Source: the human T2T-CHM13v2.0 reference genome, Homo sapiens. From it: DNA of 64,000 nt. The notes beneath the pieces were generated by a model, which saw nothing but the letters and a program-made list of their open reading frames with translations, was not told where the DNA came from and did no database searches. The translations under genes and the position numbers were made by a program. This document shows, piece by piece, positions 17,256 to 30,130 of this stretch (the stretch's first letter is position 1; the number at the start of each line of letters is the position of its first letter). The DNA lies in the NCBI RefSeq assembly GCF_009914755.1, contig NC_060934.1. One strand, given 5' to 3'.

Positions 17256-19739
17256 TGTTTCTTATTGGCAAACATGAGAGATTCTGATGTAGTAGGTCAG
17301 GAGTGGGCCCAGGTACATACATGTACATTTAATTAACAGGTTTCAATTGAAAAGAAAATATATGTGTTAATCTTTCAAGTTTACAGAGACACATATGTTC
17401 AAAATTCTCTTCTGAGTGGTGCATGGTTTCAGACAGTTTCTGTGGCATGTGTTTTTTTTACTTGCCCGTTGGTTGTGTGCTATAGGATACCCCTGGGACA
17501 CACATGCCTGGATTGAGACTCATCATATGTGAAACATCCTGGCCACAGTAGATAGTCAATAAGTTGTAGTTCCTCCTCTCTTTTCTTGATACATTTTTTG
17601 CAGCTCTATGAATTTAACATATTTATCTCATTATAAACTGGGTGCTTTGTCTGCTGAGCTCACTTATATACCCCTTTGGAGGAGAGATCTATGTCTTCTC
17701 CTCCTTTTGTGCTTACCACAGAGTCATACACATAGTAGTTGTGTTAAATTTGCTTTTTAAAAATATGTTGTTGAGAATATAAGAGAATTGATAAGCTAAG
17801 TGAAACAATTCATTTTGATTTTAAGTTGTAAAGTCACTTGGAAGTGTTATTATCTAGCAGCAGTGTGCCGGATTCACTAGCTAGACTACACTAGTCTAGT
17901 CTTCCTAGCAGCACTTAATTTACACAACGGTAGTCCTTGGGCACCATAGAGTACAGAGTTACATTTAATATTATAGCACTGAGCACATAGTAGGTGCTTA
18001 ATAAACAAGTGTTGGATTCACAGAGGAGTGGCAAAATATGGGCTCATTTTTATTGTTGAGAGAACAAAGAAAAGCACAGAAGCTGTTTAAGACATGAAAG
18101 ATGTTGGTGTCAGGGTAAGCAATGTGTTCTTACCTGTACCAAATGTGCAAAGCAGATTTTTGGAGGCAAAAACAAAGGGTTATGTTGAAGGCAATCAATT
18201 TTGCTTAATTTTAACATGGCCACATTTATGCCAAGTGATTAGTGTTTTCTCGTTAGCTTAGCAACTGTAGTATGGCTAACATATTTGGCAAATGCTGATT
18301 TTAGAAGTCAGATGTTGTGCCAACCTTGCAAAATGATCTAGATATCGTTTTTAAACCACCCAACCACTTCACAATTGTTTAAATGGGTCATAATAGCTTT
18401 TCATCAAAAGAAATATATTTTCTTGATGGAAAGGAATTTATTTGAAGTATTGAAGATAATGTTGAATATTAGGTAAAAATGAACACATTTGAAAGGCAAC
18501 GATATTGGATATTAAAGAAAAATCACTCTCTCAAGGAATCTGCCACCATGGTTTCCACAAGGCCAAAAATATACGAGGTCCTGAGTGCGCTGCCCTCTCA
18601 GGCAACACAGAAGATGCACCATGGGGTTGTGGGGGAAACGAAGATTTTGTACTTCTCACCCTGAAGTTCATTTTTATTTTGACTTTGCTTTTCATATCCA
18701 TTAGAGACTCTTTGTTAAAATGATTACGTAATTTTCACAGAACTATGCTCTCCCCTCAAGGGATGCTTCTGCATACCATCTTTTTAAAGTGTAGCAGAGA
18801 GAAATGTAAATGCCCAAGAGATACAAGCAAGGCTTTTGGCTGAGAGAAGGGGGACAAACTCCTTGTTCAGACACCCAACACAGAGATTGCAGGGAACGAA
18901 AGCTTCCTTTGCTTTGGAACTCATCTCTGCCTCAGTTCCTGTCTTGTGATAAGGTTACAGTGAATGGGGCTGGCATCCTTCAAGGTTACTGTTCCAGAAA
19001 ATATTTGCAAATAATTTGATGTGCTGTCAGTTAGCAGGCTGCAGTGAATTCTTATAATTCAACATACTAATGTGGTTTTTTAATGCCTTAAGCTATAAAT
19101 AAGTTGGATATGCAAAAGTTTCTGTAATGTTTATTTAATAACAATATTTAAAAAATAAATCTTGATTATTCCATCGAGCTTCAATGGAAATCTTCCACTC
19201 CGACGGTTGGTTGTCTGTGACCTCAGGCGGTTCCTTCCTTCCTTTGTCTCATTTGATATCACTAAAGAAACACGCTTGTTTTTCTTTTCAGGCTTTGGGA
19301 AGCAGTACTGTGATGCCTCTGCCTACATGCTCCCCATCCAAGTCTCTGCTTGTTAAATGACTGAACTCAATTCAAGTTGAATAATCCCAGTGGGATGGCG
19401 CCTCTTTGGGTGTGGGGCCCTGGGAAGATGAAGCGGGCACCCCTGGATTTAGGAAGCCTGTAGGCCAGTTGGAGCCTCAGGCTCCATATCACAAAATCAG
19501 TGTGCCTCGACTGTATGAGAACACAGAAGGGAATATTGATCAGTGTGTGGAGGCCGCGGCCCTGAGTGGGGCCTGCAAAGATAATATCACCAGGTGGACC
19601 GCAGAAGCCAGGGTTGCAGGCAGAATGCACCAAGATGGGAGGTGTCAAAGGTGAATCTCATAATGGCAAGACAAATTGTAGTGCCGATGTTTCTACTGAT
19701 AATTTTCTGGAATGAGGTCATTTAAACTATGGATCAGCC

Positions 19740-20200
19740 GAGGGTATGCTTTGACCCCGGGTGTGCCTCACAGGAGACCGCCAGGAGCTTCTGTAAGTTG
19801 CGTTCAGCCAAGAGCCCTGGGGCTGGGGTCAGAAGGTAGCAGGATCCCAGAGAACTAAAGAGCAGCTGTCCGGGTGGGGGCGCCCTTCTGAGGGCCCGTG
19901 CTGCTGCTGATTGTAAAGAAGCGCCTGACAATGCAGACACGGCTGAGTGCATCCTGTGTAACCGGCGCATGCGCGCCCAGAGGCGCCCCACACGCTCTTC
20001 AAGGTTAGAGCGGGAATGCAGAGGGCGGGCAGGTAGGAGGTGGGGAACAATTTTGTGGCTTCATGATGCCCCCTGGGCTGTCCCCAGTGCCAGGGCAGGC
20101 CTAGCCTTTGGGGAATGTGTGCAGAGGAGGCCTGTAAGCGGGGGACAGCTGGAGACCAAGCCAGTGAGCATCTACCTCCCGGTCGGGAGGCATGCTTCTC
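19740..20200. promoter_or_regulatory. GC/CpG-enriched candidate cis-regulatory element with NRF1 motif and GC box
   Basis: palindrome GCGCATGCGC at 19965-19974; GGGCGG at 20023-20028; local CpG retention outside repeats. Confidence 0.45.
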
Positions 20201-20214
20201 TAGGTGCTGTGTCA

Positions 20215-20595
20215 ATTTTTATTAAAAAACAGCTTTATTGAGATACAGTTCACACACCTTACAATTCGCCCATTTAAAGTGTTCGGTGACTTAAATTTAA
20301 TGATTTTAGTATATTCGCAGAGTTGTGCATGGACCACCGCAATCAATTTTAGAACATTTTCCTTACCCCTGAAAGAAACTCTGCATCCTTTATCTATCCT
20401 CCTCCTCCCCTCCCATCCCCGCAATTCCCGCATCCCGCCATCCTCCCCAGCCCTAGGCAACCACTAATCTACTTCCTATCTCTATAGATTTGCCAGTTCT
20501 GGACACTTCATATAATGGAATCATACAATATGTGGTCTTTTGTGACTGGCTTGTTTCACTCAGGATAATGTTTTCTAGGCTCATTCATGTTGTCA
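20215..20595 (-). mobile_element. L1MB-like 3' end
   Basis: cagctttattgagata, ggcaaccactaatctactt, tataatggaatcatacaatatgtgg. Confidence 0.85.
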
Positions 20596-20715
20596 CTAGA
20601 CTATATAGCTCCCTATCACCAGGAGCCATGGCTTTCTTGCTTACTCTATTTCTAGAATACCTACTGTGTGTATCTGACACACAGTAGGTACTACAAAATA
20701 TGTGTACAATGAAAC
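20596..20715 (+). mobile_element. L2 3' end
   Basis: ctagactatatagctcc...tctgacacacagtaggtactacaaaatatgtg. Confidence 0.55.
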
Positions 20716-22157
20716 AATCCATAAATTGCAGTAGCTGAGGGCAGCCATGGCCCTGGGTGTGCCCTTTGAAGACGTGAGTTCCTTCCCAGCCCCCTCAGCT
20801 GCCAGCTCCAGATGACCTTGGCTTGCCAGATGACCTTGGGCTCAGATCGTTTCTCATTTTAGTTCTCATCTGTACCACCAGGCAAATGGTCTCTTGTTCA
20901 TGGAGACTTGAATGACTCAGACATTGCAGATGAGTTTTGTAGGTCTTCATGTTGTAACTAAATTTTGGGAAATATTGTTAACAGAGCAGTTAAGAGAATA
21001 CAGAATGCTTTCAGCTTCTGGGGCAGAGCAAGTTTAGAGATAGTCAATTGCTCAGCAAGACAGACAACAATTTTATGAAGACTTTTTTTGTCCTCCCCAC
21101 CCTCAATTAAAATATGCAGGTAAAGTAAAGGTTAAATCAGGCTTGGAAATGTTTTTGTTGCCTTTTGAACATACACAATTGTTTGGGAAAAATGTACTCA
21201 TTATGGTTATACTCTACTTAGTAGAAATATATGATTTCTTTTTATATTTTAAATAAGTAGACTGACTTTTTTTTTCTCAGGCAAAGTCATAATTGTATTT
21301 ATTTTAAATTTATGTCCTGTCTGCTTCAAAAAAGAATTTGAGGCAGCCAGGAAAATCATAAGCTATAAAATGAGCAAGCTCCATTTTCTACTAATAAAAT
21401 AAAAGTTAGGATCTCATCAGTGAAACAACTTCTCTTTGTGCTGTACTGTGTGCAAATATTTGGATTACTAAAGTGAATTTATGAAGCAATTACTTTTAAT
21501 GCTATAAGAGGAAATTAAGTACTCATTGATTCTTGATTTATAAGCTAGAGCTAAAGATCATGAAAAAGCAAATATAACTTAATTAAATGTCCCTCGGCTT
21601 TGCTACTATTGAGGTCTTCACTCATAAAGTTAGTAAAACAACCCATTTCTAGAACATAAATGTATATTGGTTCTTCCAGTTGGGAAGGCAAATAATTTAC
21701 TGGTTAAATATATTCAGCAAAGTTAACCCAAGTGAGAGATTTTCCCAGTGTCCTCTGGGGCTTGAAGAGATAAAAGCTATTGTAGTTTTAAGGAAACCAT
21801 TGTCCTGGGAATGATAGGTAGTAACTTGCTGTGAAAAAGAGTAAACAAAAGCGTGTCTCTTTTTTTTATTAGAAAATATATTTTAATATGCCCACAGAAT
21901 AGACTATAGATCTGCGAAAGAAATAGAGCTTTATAGTCTATTCATTGGCTATACACTTGTGGTTATTCATTGCTGACAGTGAACACATTAACCTGGGATA
22001 ATTTAATTGAATCTTCTAGTAATGTTGCTATTTTTCTACCCTGAAGTGTAAATGATTTTTAAAAATTAGGTTCTAAAATGTAACACTTCAAGTGATGTAT
22101 ACAGCAAATCAAGGAGCCGGTGTGAGCTCCCCTTTGTGCTCCGTGAGTTATTGATTA

Positions 22158-22648
<491 letters not shown>

Positions 22649-23241
22649 TTAGGTTTCCTGTTCAGTTGAGTAATAAGAGGATTTATTCAAATAAATTATA
22701 AATAAGCATGAATAGGAAGAGTTCAAAGTTTCTCATAGAAAATCAAGGTTTTGAGAAATTCTCTTCTCTGTCATTAGGATAGACTGGAATCTTGTCTTCA
22801 ACGGCACATCAAGCTGGTTTTAGGAGTGACGTAGCAAGAGCAATGAGAGAGAGAATTGGCATTCTAGACTCCAGCCAGGAAACGTTATGATAATGCTTAC
22901 GAAAAATGGAACATGCTGACTTCAGGAAGATGACATCACCACCAGCAGGGCCTGAATGTTAAGGGCATTTTTTTAGGAAGTACTGATGGGCGGTCAGGAT
23001 TTCTCTTGGGTTGGCCTTAGGCAACCAGGTTGGATTAGGCAAACATCTTTGCCTAGTTGCAAGTTGAGGTTAAAGGCATTCAGCAGTCGTGGAGATAATT
23101 TTTCTCCCTGTCCTTCCTGTGAATAAGTCCATGATTTTTGCCTCCTTGGTGCTATGTTCCAATCGCAGGTACTCTTGGGCCCAGAATTGCATGCTGGGTG
23201 TGGCGGTGTACTAGGAATACAAAAAAATCAAGGTAAAAAGA

Positions 23242-23639
23242 TGCATTCCTTTCAGAGAGCTGCCATAACAAAGTACCACAGACTGGGGGGCTTAAACAAC
23301 AGAAATTTATTTCCTACAATTTTGAAGGCTAGACATCTAAGATCAAGGTGTTTGCAGGGTTGATTCCTTCTGAGACCTCTCTCTTTGGCTTGTAGATTGC
23401 CGTCTTCTCCCAGTGTCTGCACATGACTCTCCCGCTGTGTGTGTCTGTGCCCTAATTTTCCCTTCTTATAAGGACAGCAGTCATATTGCGTTAGGGTCCA
23501 CCCTAATGACCTCATTTTAACTTAATTCCCTCTTTAAAGACCTGACCTCCAAGTACAGCCATATTCTGAGGTACTGCGGTTAGGGCTTCAACATAGGAAT
23601 TTGGTAGTGAGGAGGGGAACATAATTTAGCCCATTAATA
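23242..23639 (-). mobile_element. MLT1 (A/B/C-like) solo LTR
   Basis: gctgccataacaaagtaccacagactgg, ttaaacaacagaaatttatt, ccaccctaatgacctcattttaac. Confidence 0.85.
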
Positions 23640-23740
23640 AAAGAAAAAACCGAGGTGGACATACACATTTGAGTCAATTATCAAGAAACGAAATGAGCAA
23701 GTTCTGTCTTTCTTATAATCTGTGTTTTGTCCATTTGTGA

Positions 23741-23945
23741 CTGTGGTGTGCTGCTACATGCTGGCCAACCAGCTCTATGAGAAACAAGAAACCTGATTTG
23801 TAGTGTTTGCTGACTTCCAGGGTGTAAATATTCCCAACATGGCCTATTTCAACCTCCAAGATGGCTTCATTGACTGTGGAGTTGGGGAGACATGTGCACA
23901 GTCAGCCCTCGTGAGCAGGTGTGAGCCACCTCCAGAACTCCACTG
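23741..23945 (-). mobile_element. MER63A-like hAT DNA transposon
   Basis: terminal inverted repeats ctgtggtgtgctg...ccagaactccactg; internal ctgatttgtagtgtttgc, ggtgtaaata. Confidence 0.75.
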
Positions 23946-24229
23946 ATGTGAGTGATAAAGAACAGAAAAGTAAAGGGGAAGAAACTGAAACTCAATTTTG
24001 GTAATTTTAAAGCTATTCTTATAAAGCTTGATAATGGGAGGAGGTGCAGAAATGTTGATTAAAAGAAATTATCTGTAATTTTGTCATTTCGCTCCTATTT
24101 CACCATTCTTTTTTTTCAGGCAACCATTGATAGTAATTATTTGCCTGTTAAAAGTAAAAATTTTATAAAAGCGAGGATAATGGGGACTTGGTAAAAGGAT
24201 ATAATGATATAAAAAAAGTTAAAAGAGCT

Positions 24230-26200
24230 CCTGTTCCCAGTAATGTGGCAGACAAGAAACCCTGAAATACATACATGCACATGTGTGCGCACACACACAC
24301 ACATCCCTTTTCAAAGTGTCAATGAGCGGGAAATGAGTATAGAATATTCAGAGGCCAACAAGAAATGATGCACTGAAGTAGATCAGTTTTTCCAACCTAC
24401 TTTGCTGAACAGGGTAACCTTGAACTTTGATATTCATAATTCCATGGGAACAGGAGACAAGGCTCAAGATCTACCCAAGGATGGAGTGTAAAAGGGGAAC
24501 CCCTGCTGGTACTTGAAAGCAGTAGTTGTTTCTTCACTGGGGTGATTTTGCCTCCCGGGGACATTTGGCAATGCCTGGAGACATTTTTGATTGTCATGAC
24601 TGGAAAGGTGCTGCTGGCATCTAGTGGGTAGAGATCAAAGATGCTGCTAAACACCCTACACTGCATGAGACAACTTCCTACAACGAATTATCTGGCTCAA
24701 AATATCAGTCATAATGAGGTTGAGAAACTTCGCTCTAAAAGGTTACACTGTCAATGTAAGAGTGAACTGGAAATTAAACCACCTTTCTCTCATCTCCCAA
24801 AATGCAAGGAAATATATTGTTGAACCAGCACAATGGTTCAACAATATATTTCCTTGCATTTTGGGAGATGAGATGCTTGCATTTGGGGGTAGTGTGCCTC
24901 TATGGGAACTCATAAGTGCAGGCTGCCCCCATGCAGATTTGCAGCCAAATTCATTCTAACTGAGGCAATAATTCATTCATCTCAAGTGAATTTAAAATGG
25001 TTCCAGGCTGGTTATCTTCCCAGGTGCTTGGCAGAAGCAAACCGCCTCTATCCTCCTGTGAAAATCCACCTTCAACTTAGATCTCAAATAACCTACACTT
25101 ATACAGTTCCAAAAAATATATACACATAATAAAAAACACAAGAAAACATCTTGTATAATCAAGAGTGAAAGCCAACAGAAAAATAGAGAAGAATCAGTCC
25201 CCCAAAGACTTTTGTTGTTGAAATTACCAGATAGAGAATGTAAGAACGGTTAATATGCTTAAAGGAATAAAATGAATAAGAATAATAGGTTATAGATCAT
25301 GACTGAGCAGATTTGAAAAATAAACAATATAATTTAAAAAATAAAAAACAGTGTGATTAATATTAAAAACTCAATGGAAAGCAATTAGAGGCAGCTGCTG
25401 AGAGTTAATAAACTTAAGGATAGGTCTAAACACTTTCCCACAGTGAAGCACAAAGAAATTAAGGTATGGAAAAGGAGAAAGAGTGATAAAGTGATGTGAA
25501 GAAAGGAATGAGAAGGTCCAACATAACTGTCCAAACAGAGTTTTGTAAAGAGAAGACAGCGAAAATGGCACAGAGGTAATGTTTGAGGAAACAATGACCA
25601 GTCATTTCCCAGAACTCATGACAGATGCCAATCCACAGATTAAGTCCAGTGAATCCCAAACAAGATAGATAGATAAAAGGAAGCCCTAAACTTAGACCCA
25701 CCACAGTGAAACTGAGCAACACCAGGAACAGAGACTATCTCAAAAACTATCCCAGAGGGAAATAAATTACCCTCTTGTCTTCAAAAGAATAATTAGGCTG
25801 AACGCTGACTTCCCAACAGGAACAGCAAAAACCCAAACAGAGTGGAATGACATCCTCACTATACTAGGTGAAAATAACTATCAACCTAGAATAATTTACC
25901 AACTGAAGTATCTTCTGAGAAAACTGAGACACTTTGCTAGCAGTAGACCTCTAACTAAAGGAAGTTCTAAAATATGGACTCTAGGCCAAAGGAATGTGCT
26001 CCAGATGGATGGAATCCATGAGATCTTACCTTGAGATGCAGGAGGAAGCAGAGGGAGGAGAATATGTGCAACTAAACAGACATAACCTGTGTAAAACAAT
26101 ATTAGGAATTCCATTGGTTAAAGATAAATAAGAACATTTATAAAATAGCACCGATATCTGGAGGAAGTGATTAGAATTAAAGTCTCCTAAGGTCTTATAT
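24230..26200 (+). mobile_element. L1ME-like 5' region and ORF1, interrupted by MER20
   Basis: ttggcagaagcaaac, aaaactcaatgga, atgagaaggtccaacata, tttcccagaactcatga, tcaacctagaat. Confidence 0.65.
24520..24732 (+). mobile_element. MER20 (hAT-Charlie)
   Basis: ggggtgattttgcc, ggggacatttggcaatg, ctggcatctagtgggtagag, gaggttgagaaac. Confidence 0.9.
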
Positions 26201-26555
26201 AAAAAACAACAGATTTTCAAAAGAAAAGGTGCTTCTATCACCTTCCACACTAATAACACTCTCAGGAATCAAAGGGATTTATGTAAATGACTTAACTCCT
26301 TCTCCTTCTAAGCCCTTTGTGGGTGGACCTGATGCTTGCTAATCCTCTGTCTCCATCACTGGCACCTAGCTCAGCACATTGCACATAGAAGGTGGTCGAC
26401 ATTGCGTTCAATTGAGCTTATATCAAATAAGCTGTAATTATCAGTAGGGCTACTGTACTTAGAAGTTAAAGAGACATATTCATTATTCACTGAATACTTT
26501 AACTTAAGTTTTTCATGGCAAAACATAAAATAGTGTTGTTCTTATCTTTGGGGTC

Positions 26556-26989
26556 TGTCTTGGTTTGGGTTCCCCCAGAAGGAGACCCTGAGACAAAGAT
26601 TCAAGGCCTATGTAGCTTGGTTTGGGAGGTGATTCCAGGATATACTGGCAGTGGCATGGGGAAGTGAGATAGGACAGGAGGAAAGCCAAAAAGGGATGAA
26701 TTAATGAGTCAGTGTCTGTGGTGAGCTCCATCCCCCTGGGACCTTTAGCAGAAAGTGAAGAAATGCCTATGTTATCCCAGCCATGGGCTCCCATATCAGT
26801 GGATGAAGCTGCTTTCTGGGCATCCCTCTTTAAAATGTTTGGCTTTTCCTGTCCATAGCTCAGCCCCTTGCTGGCCAGAGATGAAGCTTGCAGGGAGAAC
26901 ATTGCAGCATTTGCAGCAAGCCTCCTTTGGCTTCTAGAGGTGAAAGTTGGGGAATGGGGGACCATGGGCAGGACACAGCCTCTGCTATA
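26556..26989 (-). mobile_element. LTR33-like ERVL solo LTR
   Basis: tgtcttggtttgggttcccccagaaggagaccctgagacaa, tttgggaggtgattccagga. Confidence 0.75.
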
Positions 26990-28516
26990 GCACTAGAGGC
27001 TTGAAATCAACCTTTTGGGAAGAAAACGTGAGTGCAGGCAGGAGTGGTAGAAATTAACTTTGTGGAAATAAAATTAAAAGGGCCCTTAGACAGTAAAAGG
27101 GGTTGGAACTAAAGGGGCAACATCAAGAAGTATAATGGTCTCAGTGGCAGTAAGTGGGCAGAGGTTCATGGACACATAGATAGGACAGTGATGGCTGTGA
27201 CAGTAATTGGGGCTTGTCTGAACACAGGGGTGGAGAATTAGGAGACAGGGCATCACAAGCATGAGCACTCACACATGGCAAGGGTATAAAGGTCAACAAT
27301 GAGCCTGAGAGTTACCAGGAAAAAATGTTAGCTGCCTCATGCAGGGCAGGAGTGAACAGAGAGAGAGTTTAGACATATCATTCATGAGGGTGAATCAATG
27401 GATGTGGTTTCATTTCTAAATGACACAAATAGATAAATATATTGAAACACACTACATAGGATGGGCAAAGATAAGACAAGCAGAATGAAAAAAAAAAAAA
27501 GAAATGAAGCAAGCTGTAGCATGACTATCAAATAAAGGAGATTTTAAGGAGAAAGGCATTGAATGAAGCAACTACCTTATGAAGGTGGTGCATGGACATT
27601 TGTTGGTTGCTTTTCCAGAAGCGATTCCCTCAATAGTATCCTGATTCCCCTTTGAGAGGTTACCATTCTCCCACTATTAGCCATATGTCTTGGGGTGGCA
27701 ATAAACTCTTTTTAGCTTTTGGATGGGCCTCAAAACAATATATGCAGATGCCCAAAAAGACAGAGTAGAAAGAGAAAGAAAAATGAAGTTCTTGGTAGCA
27801 TTATTTGGGGCTGCTGGATCAAGCCTAATCTAAAGCTTATTTTGTTAGTTACAAGAACTAGTAAATTCTATTATTGTTTCAACAAGTTCTCTTTTTTCAT
27901 CTTTTATTTTAGGTTCAGGAGGTGCATGTACAGATTCATTACAGGAGAAAATTGTGTGTTTCTGGGGTTTGGTGTACAAACCCTGGTAGTGAGCGTACTA
28001 CTGGATAGGTAGTTTTTTGACTTTCACCTCTTCCCACCCTCCACTCTCAAGAAGGCCCTGGTGTCTGTCGTTCCCATAATGTGTTCATGTGTACTCAGTG
28101 TTTAGCTCCCACCTATAAGTGAGAACATGTGGCATTTGGTTTTTTGTTCCTACATTAATTTGCTTAGGATAGAGGCGTCCAGCTGCATCCATGTTGCTGC
28201 AAAGGACATGATTTTGTTCTTTTCTACGGCTGCATAGTATTCCATGGTGTATATGTACCACATTTTCTTTATCCAATCCACTGTTGATAGGCATCTAGGT
28301 TGATTCCATGTCTTTCCTATTAAGAATTGTGCTGTGATGAACATATGCATGCATGTGTTTTTGGTAGAATGATTTATATTCCTCTGGTATATACCCAGTA
28401 ATGGGATTGCTGGGTCGAATGGTAGATCTATTTTAAGTTCTTTGAGCAATCTCCAAACTGCTTTCCAAAGTAGCTGAACTAATTTATATCCCCACCAGCA
28501 GTGTGTAAGCATTCGC

Positions 28517-28815
28517 TTTTCTTGTTTTTGTTTTTTGAGACTGGATCTCACTGTTGCCCAGGCTGGAGTGCGCTGGTGCAAACATGGCTCACTGCAACGT
28601 TAACCTCCTGTGTTCAGGTAATCCTCCTGCCTTGGCCTCTTAAGTAGCTGGCACCATGGATGCATGCCATTATGCTGGCTAATTTTTAAATGTTTTGTAG
28701 GAACAGAGATTTGCCATGTTGACCAGGCTGGTCTTGAACTCCTGGGCTCAAGCGATCCTCATGCCTTGGCCTCCCAAAGTACTAGAATTACAGGCATGAA
28801 CCACTATGCCCAGCC
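28517..28815 (-). mobile_element. AluJ inside L1
   Basis: diverged dimer; ctcctgggctcaagcgatcctc. Confidence 0.9.
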
Positions 28816-30096
28816 TGACTTTTTAATAATAGCCATTTTGACTGGTGCACAATGGTATCTCATTGTGGTTTTGATTTGCATTTCTCTAGTGATTTGTGAT
28901 GTTGAGTATTTTTTCATATGCTTGTTTGCCGTCTGTATGTCTTCTTTTGAGAAGTGCCTGTTCATGTCCTTTGCCCATTTTTAATGGGGTTGTTTTTTGC
29001 TTGTTGATTTGTTTAAGTTCTTTATAGATTCTGAATATCTGACCTTTGTCAGACGCATAATTTGCAAATATTTTCTCCCATTCTGTAGTGCCTGTTTACT
29101 CTGTCACTAGTTTTCTTTTTCCTGTGCTGAAGCTCTCTAGCTTAATTAGGTCCCACTCATCTATTTTTGTTTTTGTGGCATTTGCTTTTGGAGACTTCAT
29201 TATGAAATCTTAGCCAAGGTCTACGTCCAGAATGGTATGTCCTATGTTTTTCTCTAGGATTTTTATAGTTTTAGTTCTTACATTTAAGTCTTTTATTTAT
29301 CTGGAGTTGATTTTTGTATATGTTGAAATGAAGGGGTCCCATTTCAATCTTCTGCATGTGACTAGCCAGTTATCCCAGCACCATTTATCGAAAAGGGAGT
29401 GCTTTCCCTATTGCTTGTTATTGTTGACTTTGTCAAAGATCAGATGGTTGCAGGTGTATGGTATTATTTCGGGTTCTCTATCCTGTTCCATTGGTCTATG
29501 TGTCTGTTTTTGTACCAGTATCATGTTGTTTTGGTTACTGTAGCCTTGTAATATAGTTTGAAGCCAGCTTTGTTCTTTTTGCTTAGAATTTCCTTGGCTA
29601 TTCAGGGTTTGTTGGTTTCATATAAAGTTTAGAATAGTTGTTTTTTGAATTCTGTGAAAATGACATTAGTAGTTTGATAGGCATAGCATTGAATCTATAA
29701 ATTGCTATGGCCATTTTAGTAATATTGATTCTTCCTGTCCATGAGCATAGAATGTTTTTCCACTTGTTTGTGTCATCTCTGATTTCTTTCAGCAGTGTTT
29801 CAGAATTCTCATTGTAGAGATGTTTCACCTCCCTGGTTAGCTGTATTCCTAGGTATTTTGTTCTTTTTGTGTCTATTGTGAATGGGATTGCATTCTTGAT
29901 TTGGCTCTCAGCTTGAAGGTTATTGGTGTATAGAAATGCTATTGATTTTGTACCTTGATTTTGTATCCTGAAACTTTACTGAAGTTGCTTATCAGTTCTA
30001 GGAGCCTTTGGGCAGAGACTATAGGGTTTTCTAGGTATAGAATCATATTGCCTGTGGAGAGAGAGTTTGACTTACTCTCTTCCTATTTGGATACCT

Positions 30097-30130
30097 TTTA
30101 TTTATTTATTTATTTATTTATTTATTTTTT
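30097..30130. repeat. (TTTA)n
   Basis: directly visible. Confidence 0.85.

Noticed and set aside
17881-17899. Hairpin CTAGACTA-cac-TAGTCTAG
   Set aside because: An 8-bp stem is expected by chance in 64 kb.
18585-19890. CTCF-like motifs (gcgctgccctctcaggc at ~18587; ccgggtgggggcgc at ~19870)
   Set aside because: Each mismatches highly conserved core positions; cannot be supported without PWM scoring or ChIP data.
20401-20453. Multiple C-runs (G4 on the minus strand)
   Set aside because: The ordinary G-rich tract of an L1 3' UTR.
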